A stretch of 64,000 bases of DNA from positions 4,712,001 to 4,776,000 of the forward strand of contig CATNEN010000024.1 of assembly GCA_950097015.1 (NCBI GenBank). Reading direction: 5' to 3'. Each line of letters opens with the position of its first letter. Within the stretch, counting starts at the first letter, position 1. Positions 12,995 through 23,658 of the stretch are shown in pieces. Made by a program: the position numbers and the translations under genes. The notes beneath the pieces are model-generated. The model was given only the letters and a program-made list of their open reading frames with translations, did not search any database and was not told where the DNA came from. The DNA is from Macrostomum hystrix. Taxonomy: Eukaryota; Animalia; Platyhelminthes.

Positions 12995-13780
12995 TGCACA
13001 CGGCACTAACGATCAACAACCCCACGCCAATGTACACACGGCACTCCCGATCAACAACCCCACGCCAATGTACACACGGCACTCCCGATCAACAACCCTA
13101 CGCCAATGTAGACACGCACTCCCGATCAACAACCCCACGCCAATGTACACACGGCACTCCCGATCAACAACCCTACGCCAATGTACACACGGCACTCCCG
13201 ATCAACAACCCCACGCCAATGTACACACGGCACTCCCGATCAACAACCCTACGCCAATGTAGACACGCACTCCCGATCAACAACCCCACGCCAATGTACA
13301 CACGGCACTCCCGATCAACAATCCCACGCCAATGTACACACGGCACTCCCGATCAACAACCCTACGCCAATGTAGACACGCACTCCCGATCAACAATCCC
13401 ACGCCAATGTACACACGGCACTCCCGATCAACAACCCCACGCCAATGTACACACGGCACTCCCGATCAACAACCCTACGCCAATGTAGACACGCACTCCC
13501 GATCAACAACCCTACGCCAATGTAGACACGCACTCCCGATCAACAACCCCACGCCAATGTACACACGGCACTAACGATCAACAACCCCACGCCAATGTAC
13601 ACACGGCACTAACGATCAACAACCCCACACCAATGTAGACTTGAAACTCCCGATCAACAACCCCACGCCAATGTACACACGGCACTCCCGGTCAACAACC
13701 CCACGCCAATGTACACACGGCACTCCCGATCAACAACCCCACGCCAATGTAGACATGGAACTCCCGATCAACAACCCCAA
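12995..13780. repeat. 38/36-bp minisatellite
   Basis: Unit cccacgccaatgtacacacggcactcccgatcaacaac. Confidence 0.95.
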
Positions 13781-14785
13781 TGTAATGCAATCCTGAATCA
13801 ATCTTTACTACAGTACTATTAACGCAGCTAAAATAGTGCACAGCGCTCTGGCAGAGTAAAATTTCGTTGATACTTGTAAATTCTAGAAACAAAGTTTTTA
13901 TTTTAAAACTACTCTTTATCGATCAGCTCATCCCTAGGGAGATCAGTTTAGTATACTGCGAAACTTCTGATAATTGTTGGTATTACACTGCAAGTCGTTT
14001 ATAGCTCTTACGTAGACATGCCTCCTTTAATATACTATGCCCTGACAATATTTTTTCTGCATCTGTTATGGCCGGGCCTAGCAAAATGTGTGAGGATTTA
14101 TTTCCATATTTTCATATCTGATGTTAGGAAGATAAGCAGCTATCTGCGTTTTCTCCAGTCTCGTTTCAATGTTCCCCATTAATACCTTAATGCTTTTGTA
14201 ACGAGGTACATATTGATTACCACACGTACAGTACTGTAAGTGCAATATCAAAAACATGTTCACTGCCTGCGCCTGTGTCTAAAAAGATTCTCTTCGCTCC
14301 TCGCCGCTCGCCCTTCCTCCTTCGCCTATGGGTCCATCGCGCTGTTAGATTGCATTGCCACTGTGTGGACTGCGTCAAAATGATTAACATTTAAAGGTAT
14401 GCACCACCGTGCCCACTCTACCGTGTTAGCAGATATTCATCATTGATTATTAGAACTTTTTAGCAGAACTCGCATATTTAAGTTTGAAATATTCTGTGGA
14501 TTTTTTAATGTAAAGTTGCATATCTCTCTATATTTGTTTATTTATTTATTCAACCTTTGCGTGCCCATTCATTTGTTTGCAATCGCATATAGCTGCTCAT
14601 GAAGATTAAACACTAAATACTAAATATATTATTAACGAAAATATCACTTTCAAGCATCAGTTTTTCTGTCTGGAATCTAAAAGTGTCTAGTGCCCAGTTT
14701 TAATTTTATTATTTGCTTTCCTGCTTTTAGAAAAAAAATGTGTTCATATTCTTAGTACGAAGCGGCCTTTTTTCAAGGTATTTTA

Positions 14786-15815
14786 AGCCTGAGTTTCACA
14801 TCAAAGATGCCGCCTCCCTTCACTAGTCTAGACTATTATAAACCTGAGTTTCACATCAAAGATGCCGCCTCCCTTCACTAGTCTAGACTATTATAAACCT
14901 GAGTTTCACATCAAAGATGCCGCCTCCCTACACTAGTCTAGACTATTATAAACCTGAATTTCGCATCAAAGATGCCGCCTCCCTTCACTAGTCTAGACTA
15001 TTATAAACCTGAGTTTCACATCAAAGATGCCGCCTCCCTTCACTAGTCTAGACTATTATAAACCTGAATTTCACATCAAAGATGCCGCCTGCCTCACTAA
15101 ACTAGACTATTATAAACCTGAATTTCACATCAAAGATGCCGCCTCCCTTCACTAGTCTAGACTATTATAAACCTGAATTTCACATCAAAGATGCCGCCTG
15201 CCTCACTAGACTAGACTATTATAAACCTGAATTTCACATCAAAGATGCCGCCTCCCTTCACTAGTCTAGACTATTATAAACCTGAATTTCACATCAAAGA
15301 TGCCGCCTGCCTCACTAGACTAGACTATTATAAACCTGAATTTCGCATCAAAGATGCCGCCTCCCTTCACTATAGTCTGAACTTTTTAAAGCCAGAATTC
15401 CACATCAAAGATGCCGCCTGTCTTCATTAGTCTAGACTTTTATAAGCCAGAATTCCACATCAAAGATTCCGCCTCCCATCACTAGACTGGACTTTTATAA
15501 GCCTGTATTTGACATCAAAGATGCCGCCTCCCTCCACTAGTCTAGACTATTATAAACCTGAATTTCACATCAAAGATGCCGCCTCCCTCCACTAGTCTAG
15601 ACTATTATAAACCTGAATTTCACATCAAAGATGCCGCATGCCTCACTAGACTAGACTATTATAAACCTGAATTTCGCATCAAAGATGCCGCCTCCCTTCA
15701 CTAGTCTGAACTTTTTAAAGCCAGAATTTCACACCAAAGATGCCGCCTCCCTCCACTAGTCTAGACTATTATAAACCTGAATTTCACATCATAGATGCCG
15801 CCTGCCTTTACTAGA
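14786..15815. repeat. 55/54-bp minisatellite ending about 90 nt upstream of the LTV1 acceptor
   Basis: Unit cactagtctagactattataaacctgagtttcacatcaaagatgccgcctccctt, about 18 copies. Confidence 0.95.
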
Positions 15816-15887
15816 CCGAACCATCTCAAAGCCTTCGTAGCCATTACAAAACCAAGTTTTGTCAGTAACTAACAAGAGCATAGTTCA

Positions 15888-15904
15888 TTGTTTAATATTT
15901 TCAG
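15888..15904 (+). promoter_or_regulatory. 3' splice acceptor opening the LTV1 ORF (candidate SL trans-splice site)
   Basis: tgtttaatattttcag is followed immediately by CCG AAG CGC AAG in the LTV1 frame. Confidence 0.7.
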
Positions 15905-17800
15905 CCGAAGCGCAAGGCAAAGTACATAGATAAGAAGAGCGCGGTGACTTGGCATCTATTCGACCGCGCTCAGGATGACGTCATGTGCGGCGACGCCGCC
16001 ATGCCCCAGGTGGTCATGGTGGAAGTGGAACAAGGTCGCCGACTGAAGGAGCGGCGAAAGTACGGCATCTATTATGAGGACGACTACGACTATTTGCAGC
16101 ATCTGAAGCCTAGAAGCGGCGCGGCGATTGTTGTCGAGAAAGGCGACGACGACGACGAGGATGAGGAGGACGACGATGACGAAGACTCATTCTGGCAGGA
16201 TCAGGACGACGGCGAGAAGTCGATTTCATCAAAGGCGACAGCCAACGCAGCGAAATCTAGTTTCACCCTTCCGGTTGACTTGCTTCCAAATGAACCACCA
16301 ACGCTGGCCGAAGTTCTTGACGATGGCGACGGTGATGCTAACGGCGACTTCTATGACGCTGAAATCGCCGAAGCGATTGCCGCAGCTGAAGCCGGAGATG
16401 CCGATGACGATGATTCGGAGGGTGAAGGCGAAATCGAAAGCGACATCGGCGAAGTGGTCGAAGAAGGCGACATTGAGGACGACTTTGTGGCATTGGCCAA
16501 CGCTCCGGACGAAAGCGGCAGCCGCAGGCGACCTCTTGTCGGTGCCGGCGCCGCCGCCGCATCGAAGCGCGACATTTTTAGTCGATTCTTTGACGAAGCC
16601 GACGACGAGGATGAAGCCGATGAAGCAGCGTCCGATGAGGAGGAGGAGGTGGTGGTTGCGAAGCCGACCGCCTCTGTGACCACCAGCCGGCGAGGTCGGC
16701 CGCTCACCTACCACGAGGAGGTCATCGAAGACCAGTTCGACCGATTGCTGCGCGAATTTCAACGCGACTCCGCCAACGCGGCCGCGGCAGATTGCGAAAA
16801 TCCGGACAATGACGATCCCGGCGCGGTTGACGACGACTGTGGCTCCGTCATGACCAAGTCGCTCTACCAGGTGCGTGCCTGTTGATACTCATAGATGGTC
16901 ATTGATGGTTGATCCGTATGGTAGATAAATAGATAGAAATTGCACAGCCACGACTATGCGCTGCGCTTCCAAAGGTTGTGTACAAATTTTCAGTCCATGG
17001 ACTGGAAGGCACACCAATCTAACTTTCTACCCTCGCTAGTTCTGCTACCCAAGTTACAGCTGGGGGGGACTTCGTACTAGGAATTTTTGTACTTTTTATC
17101 AGACGATAATACGATAATTCGGCGCGAATTCAAATTAACTAATGTTAGAACTAAAATTTTTCCAATCGCTTTCGCCCAGGTTCTTGAGCGGCACGACAAA
17201 GAACTGGCCTCAGCTGCCGTCACCAAGGAGACGCTTGACGCCGGCCGTTTGCCAGCAAGTGAGACGCTGCGCATTCTGGCCGCCAGTGGCAGCTATGGCA
17301 ACGAAGAGGACGACGAAGACGCTTCCTCATTGGACACCGACGACGAGCTGAGCCTCTGGGGTCCGATGGCGGCGGGGGCGGCGGCTCCAAAGCTGGTGGT
17401 GCCGTTGACGTCAGCCGGCGGCGACGGTGTCCGCAGTGGACGAAACGTCCCAGTTCTGTTGGACATTAGAGATCGCCGGAAAGCAGTTGGCAAGGAAGAG
17501 GGCGAGGACATTGCTGAAGAAGACGAGGAGGACGAGGAGGAGGAAGACAACGCTGATAGCAATGAAGCAGACAGTGTCGCGACTAAAGACTGCCATTCAG
17601 CTGCGGCGGCGGCAGCTCTGGCAGCCCGTCTGGCCGGAGTGACCGACAAGCGAGAACGCAAGCGCATTGTGAAGGAGTACCAGCGTGCAAGGCGGCAGCA
17701 GAAGAAGCAGACTCGACTGTGCTTCGGCCGGGCCAAGCAGGAGCTCAATGTTGCAACACGCAATGATCCGTTTCAGCAGGGTCGGGTCTTAAAACTCTGA
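15905..17800 (+). CDS. LTV1: LTV1 pre-40S ribosome biogenesis factor; 2 coding exons, initiator Met not found in the genomic sequence
   Basis: Exons 15905-16870 and 17180-17800 (phase 0 intron). N-terminus PKRKAKYIDKKSAVTWHLFDRAQDD and ERRKYGIYYEDDYDYLQHLK match the LTV1 family. Basic C-terminus KRERKRIVKEYQRARRQQKK...LKL. The ORF opens directly after the acceptor ttttcag (AG at 15903-15904). Confidence 0.9.
16942..17067 (-). mobile_element. SINE family 1, degenerate 3' fragment in the LTV1 intron
   Basis: gcacagcc...tgcg...ttcagtccatggactgg...cagctgg aligns with the body of the 23659-23967 copy. Confidence 0.55.
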
Positions 17801-18213
17801 CTATGCTGCTAGTAGTAGCGGTTCTGGGCAATAAGATATTTTCTTAAAAAATTACTCCAGCTGTCCCGCTTGTTTTTTGTCCTTAATTGTTCTGCGCGCA
17901 CAATTCATTTTTTAACAATTTGGAGCTGAGGCAAATTAATGAGTGCAGATTAGAAATAAATTTCAATTTGGCGCTTCGAGTCTCTCTGTTAGAGTTGAAC
18001 GCATTTTTTCTGTGTGAGATCAGTGGAAAATTTCTGCTATCTCTTCTCCGCTTTGTCTTTATTATTTTTTGACGGCAAAAATTTAATTCCTTAATTGGGG
18101 TTATTTTTTAAGTTATTTTGTTATACACAAAGCAGAGACATTAATTTTGGGTGTTTTAACTGACAAGCCAAACAATCAGTTTATTTAATGATATACTCGC
18201 AATCATGATGATC

Positions 18214-18360
18214 TAGCCTACTGGTCAAGGCGTCGGACTCGCGACTTGGAGGTCGAAGGTTCGATTCCTTACTCGACTGGAACAATTTCTGTACTTTAGC
18301 AAGACACTTAACTCCGCATTAATTCAGTTCACCGAGCTGTTAAATGGGTTACCAGCATCA
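18214..18360 (+). mobile_element. SINE family 1, 3'-truncated copy
   Basis: TAGCCTACTGG...GGTTCGATTCC head plus gcaagacacttaactccgcatt...cagttcaccgagctgttaaatgggttaccagcatca, homologous to the 23659-23967 copy. Confidence 0.8.
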
Positions 18361-18722
18361 TTTTTTCACAAAAAAAATTGAAACATTCCTATCTCGCTTG
18401 TGCATTTTCCTGAAAATCTGCCTTTAATTTATTTTCCAAGAAACGGAGTGTCCTGTCCTTCTTCTAGTAGTCATTGTGACACAGTTCCATATAACCTAGA
18501 TACGCGTAAAATTATTGAGATAGAAAATCTGTGGTCATTGATGTAAAAATTATCAAATGTTTAAATTTTATTTATATACTCGTAGCTTCAATGTCGCTTT
18601 CAATTCAACTTTTACAATTGTCTGGCGTTTGGACCACAAACGATTCATGCAATACAAGGCGCATTAAAAACCGCCAGATACAAAAGCGGTAAATAGCGAA
18701 GTAAAGCTTAAGCCAAGAAAAA

Positions 18723-19991
18723 ATGATCCAACGGAAGGTCAGCCGGCAAAACGACCGAGTTGTGTTCTCTGAAATCCTGTCCCGCGGCCTGCAGGTTCTG
18801 GTTGACTCGCCGTGCAACAAGGTGCTCGACCGGCTATACATTGGCAGCATCGATACACTGTCGCCCTACAACCTGACGCTGTACAACATCCGCCAGATTG
18901 TCAGCGTCAGCGACTGCGGCGAAGGCTTGGAAGAGTTGGTGCACACCAGCATCCACAATCCGGTCACAGGAGAGGACCTGCCGGTGCTGCAGTACTATGT
19001 CGGCGATTATGCCAAGTCGCAGATCAGTCTGCACTTTGATAGCTGCGCCCTATTCATTCACTATGGCCGGGTGCACGATAAGAATGTGTTGATTCACTGC
19101 AACCAGGTGCGTCGCATTTCTACTATGCACGCTAAAACTTATAAGTCAAGTCAATAAGCCTAGTTCATACACCCCTATACACTAATTAACGCTGCGCCTG
19201 AGGGCCGCTTGCCACTTCGTCTCCGTAGGTGACCACCGAAGACGGAGATGATGCAGGCACATTCGGGTGACTTGGTGATAAAGTTTGAAGGTCTGGCAAG
19301 GTCTTTAAAGAAAAATCTGACCTTCAGCCAGAGCAGTTGAATATCTCGACGGTCTGAAGTGCTGGCGATTTGATTCTTGTTTAAGATTAAGATGCGCAGC
19401 AAAAATTTGGCCCGTGTTCTTGAGTTTCGTGTGCTCTGTTCGTTGTTGCTGTCAATCGTCATCATAGCCATGTGGTGTCAGATTCCTATGTATTGGGTAC
19501 TCACAAAAGCCCTTTAGCCAATCCTATTCTGCCACAATTAAAATAGCCCCTAATAGTTTTATAGTTCAGCAGAAGTCAATGTTTTGCATTTCTTCAGGGT
19601 GTCTCACGATCGCCGGCCATAGCCACAGCTTACCTGATGTGCATAGCTGACAAAATGAATCTAATCGAGTGAGTTGGCGTCACTTTTTCCCAATGAGAAA
19701 TATTGACAACTGGTTCTGGTGTTTTGATGCGCGAAAATGAATTAGAATTGTTACACTATAAAACTTGACAGAATTATTCAAGCGCTAAAGGTGATGCGCA
19801 ATAAAGTCAACATCAACACAGCATTTGTGAGTCAATTATTGGACTTCAAAAGCAATTGGGCCAGTAAGGTTTGGTCCAATATCAAATACGAGTTGGGCGA
19901 CTGGTGGAAGGTCGGCCTGGACTGCAACCGGCTCGAGCGTTACTCGCGGAGATTCACAGAGCGCGGCATGCAGCTGCAGGAGTTGATTTGA
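18723..19991 (+). CDS. Atypical dual-specificity phosphatase, DUSP22/DUSP15-like, 3 exons, 224 aa
   Basis: Exons 18723-19106, 19598-19668 and 19772-19991 join in frame (675 nt). The catalytic loop HCNQ|GVSRS is rebuilt across intron 1. Also KVLDRLYIG, the general-acid Asp (VGDYAKSQISLHFD), AYLM and NINTAFVSQL. Confidence 0.85.
19160..19445. mobile_element. Third, partial and rearranged copy of the MITE in DUSP intron 1
   Basis: gtaggtgaccaccgaagacggagatgatgcaggcacatt...gaatatctcgacggtctgaag...ttggcccgtgttcttgagtttcgtgtgc is shared with the other two copies; termini are absent. Confidence 0.75.
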
Positions 19992-20502
19992 TTGCAGGGG
20001 AGCAATCGCGTGAACCGATCGGCACTGATCAAAAATTGTCAACGATCGATAAATATGTGACTATTAGCAGTAGAAAGAGCACGCTATTTTTCCTCTGGAG
20101 AAAAACCACGAGGGATATTTCAGTGCCGTCCGAGTCAGCATTTTTTGTCGAAGACCCCTGGTGACAAGGACAACTGACATTGCTCTGTATTCACCTTTAG
20201 AGAATAGTTGAATATCTGGACGATGCCAATGTCTTGTGATTCTGGAAACTGTTTCATTGGATAGAGCGGAACATTTTAGCCCGTGTCCTGCATTTTCATG
20301 GTGATTGGCAAAATATTTTTGGAGATGCAGGAAAAAATGTGGTATTTGAATACCCCCGTGGATTACTCTATTGTTAATAAATCGATTCGATCGATAAATC
20401 GGTAACGATAGATAAATATTCGCCAAATAATGAACCCATATTTATGACGATCGAATAATCAACAACGATCAATAAATCAGCGAGGATAAAAAATCGATAA
20501 AT

Positions 20503-20933
20503 ATCGATAAATCGATAAGTCGATATCTATAACGATCGATAAATCGATAAGTCGATATCTATAACGATCGATAAATCGATAAGTCGATATCTATAACGAT
20601 CGATAAATCGATAAGTCGATATCTATAACGATCGATAAATCGATAAGTCGATATCTATAACGATCGATAAATCGATAAGTCGATATCTATAACGATCGAT
20701 AAATCGATAAGTCGATATCTATAACGATCGATAAATCGATAAGTCGATATCTATAACGATCGATAAATCGATAAGTCGATATCTATAACGATCGATAAAT
20801 CGATAAGTCGATATCTATAACGATCGATAAATCGATAAGTCGATATCTATAACGATCGATAAATCGATAAGTCGATATCTATAACGATCGATAAATCGAT
20901 AAGTCGATATCTATAACGATCGATAAATCGATA
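20503..20933. repeat. 32-bp CpG-rich minisatellite built from palindromes, about 13.5 identical units
   Basis: Unit cgatatctataacgatcgataaatcgataagt. Confidence 0.97.
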
Positions 20934-22696
20934 GAGAATGAAAAAATTATAGTTAGTCGATTAATATAATGCCGGACATCGAACATAGTAACATCGAAAA
21001 GCCTATAAATATTGATTGGCGGGGAATGCCTTTTGGTGCATCGTTGACGAAACAATTTTTTATAGTCTTTGTTTTTGCAAACTTTCATTTGTCTTCTGCG
21101 ACCACAATTCATGCCCAACATTTCTGTGTTTAATAAATAAGAAACACACGCTCTCGCTTTACCTTTTGTGTCTTCCAAACGGGAACGACAATACAAAAAG
21201 ATGGCAGGGAAAAAGCACAAACGCGACTTTGAAAGTGAAAATTTCAATTTCATATAGATATCAATGGACACGAACAATGTTAAAAGTTTGAAACAGACAT
21301 ATTTGAGATGAAGTAAAATCGATAGAAAAGCAAAGAAACTGCATAAAATTGCAGCCATTCTTACTTCATGCGTTCGTTTTAAAATGATCCCAATTTGATC
21401 CAAAATTGCCGTGTGTTTAGTTGGTATATTTTGCTGAATTCGCGAAATACAATTACATGAATTCACAATCACAACAAACTGACGGCAACTAAAAGATTAT
21501 GCTAAACCAAGTATGAATTTATGAGCAGTGAATAGCTCTACAGAAACAATCACTATTCGTGTTCTTTATATAAAATATTTTTCATTGGCAAAGATATGGA
21601 CGCGAAGCGGCTGTTAAACATGAGCGATGAGAGTAAAGAGAAAAACTACCAAAAATGAGCTAATAAACTGCACGGATTTGAGGCCACTGCAACCTATCAT
21701 AAATAACATGTTTGCAAGATCAAGAAGATAAGGACAGGAAACTGTTTTGTCCACAGGATAACGAGCAAGAACTGATTAGAAACATGTAGAACTTTTATTT
21801 GACAGAAGTCTTAAAAATCTTACTAGTCAGTAATAATGAACTGTTGCTATTTTTAGAAAAAAGTTTTGGGACGCAATCACGTGACGAGCGTCAGCCAATG
21901 AAATAAAAAAACGGTATTTTACCCCAATTGAAAGTTGTTTCAATTTTGTTGAAAAGAGAGAAAGAGGATGAGCTGATTTCGATAATTTTAAGATTAAAGC
22001 ATTAGATTATTCTTGGCACAAAAATTCTAATCGTCAGCCATGAAAAAATTATGTGAAAATTAAAAGCTTGAAAAAACAGCAAACGCAGCTTAGTAGATGA
22101 CAAACTAGAGAGAGCACTTGATATTCAGCTATAAGCGAGCCGTGACTAGCTAAGGATGCGGCGATATTGGCTCACAATAAATCAAATTAGGCACAAGCGA
22201 AAGAATCAGTACTGTACAGATTGGGCGGTCTAGCTATAAAGTACAATCTAGCTAATAATCTATTGGATTTGCTAGACGGGGTAGGGGAAATGCCAACTTT
22301 AGCGATACAAGTAAAGTACATTAGTTAGACCATCGAGTTAAATCAATAATTGAGCTAGTGGTTTGTTGAAAATCATATAGAAGCATTTTTGGATGGAAAA
22401 TCTAATTCTCACTTAATCGTTAGCTCGCGCCTTTGGTGAACTCAACTATAGCCAAGATTGAATTTTAAAAAATCACTGGAGTCTGATGTGATTGAAATGA
22501 AGCGTTACAACCGTGGACATACTGAACAATGCTAAGTTCTATTTCAACTGGCTCTATACAAAGTCTATTGATGTTGGAGAACATCAAGTGTATTGACCAA
22601 CGGAGCTCACATCACATGCCGTATTCTAATAATACATGCAGTTGAGTCCTTTAATGATTAGTGCTCAGTAGATCGCAGAGCTCAATTCGGCCACTG

Positions 22697-23593
22697 CTAG
22701 GTGCGCGGCCGCACGGAATTGTAGTGCTCACCGGAGCGCATCAGGTGCCGATGAAAGGTCACTGTCAGAGCGGCCTCTTCGCCGCCGTCGTCAACAAATT
22801 CTTCGCCAACGAGAAGGTCCGGGGGGCCGGCCTGCAGGACACGAATCGGCAGTCGGAGGGCCTCGCTGAGTGCCCGCAGCTCCATCTGGCCGCCCCATTC
22901 AGACGAAGACTCGACCAGATCAGCATAGGCCTCGAGTTCGACGCCTTCGTCTAGGAAGGGCGCGTAGTGGCCGGGACTGGCCCGAATGGCTTCAGCGGCC
23001 AGCCGGCGCAGTCCGGAAACAGATTCGTGCCGGCCGCGCCGCTGTCCGAGCTGGTGCTGCACAGCGGCGTACAGGCAGCTTCCATCGGCCGGGACCTCCT
23101 GCAAATCGAGGCCCAGTGAGGCCAGGCGCTCGCGAATGCGAGCCAATTCAACGGCGCCTTCGCTGGGCCGTTCAGCTTCGTCGATAGCTCGACGCTCCGC
23201 CTCCTGGCGTTGCCTGGCTGCGGCTTCTGCTTTCTTCTCGCGTCGCTTGGCAGCTTTGGACTTCTTCTGATGCTGCTGCTGCGGCAGCGCGTCAGATTCC
23301 TCGTCAGATTTGCCCGCGGCGTCATCCTCAGCTTCGGGCTCAATCGTCGTTTCCTCGCTCTTCTTCTTTTCGGCATTGTCGCCCAGACGCAGACAGCCGG
23401 CGCGGAGTTCGGCCGCCTCCACAGCCTGGCGCTCGTCAAGCTCGGCCTGGAAGCGGGCAGACTCGGCCTGCACCTCTCTGGCGCGCCGTTTGTCACCCTT
23501 CGGCACGGTCTTTTTTAATCGCTGAAGCTCGGCCTGCAGAGCCTTCTGCTCCAGCTTGTGCCTGGCTAGCAGCTCCTCCTCCTCCGGCAGAGA
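22697..23593 (-). CDS. OTUD6B: OTU-domain deubiquitinase OTUD6B-like; single coding exon, initiator Met not found in the genomic sequence
   Basis: N-terminal EEELLARHKLEQKALQ...KKTVPKGDKRR matches the OTUD6 family. OTU catalytic motifs VPADGSCLYAAVQHQL, WGGQMELRALS and HYNSV. The frame opens after the acceptor ctcttcag (minus strand, exon starts 23593); there is an in-frame stop at 23621-23623 and no in-frame ATG. Confidence 0.88.
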   Translation of the reverse strand, partial: SLPEEEELLARHKLEQKALQAELQRLKKTVPKGDKRRAREVQAESARFQAELDERQAVEAAELRAGCLRLGDNAEKKKSEETTIEPEAEDDAAGKSDEESDALPQQQHQKKSKAAKRREKKAEAAARQRQEAERRAIDEAERPSEGAVELARIRERLASLGLDLQEVPADGSCLYAAVQHQLGQRRGRHESVSGLRRLAAEAIRASPGHYAPFLDEGVELEAYADLVESSSEWGGQMELRALSEALRLPIRVLQAGPPDLLVGEEFVDDGGEEAALTVTFHRHLMRSGEHYNSVRPRT

Positions 23594-23612
23594 CTGAAGA
23601 GTCACGCAAAAA
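23594..23612 (-). promoter_or_regulatory. 3' splice acceptor opening the OTUD6B ORF (candidate SL trans-splice site)
   Basis: Minus-strand tttttgcgtgactcttcag is followed by TCT CTG CCG GAG in the OTUD6B frame. Confidence 0.6.
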
Positions 23613-23658
23613 TTACATGCTCAATAGCTACTACAAGTAGAATTTTTCTAATAGAACT

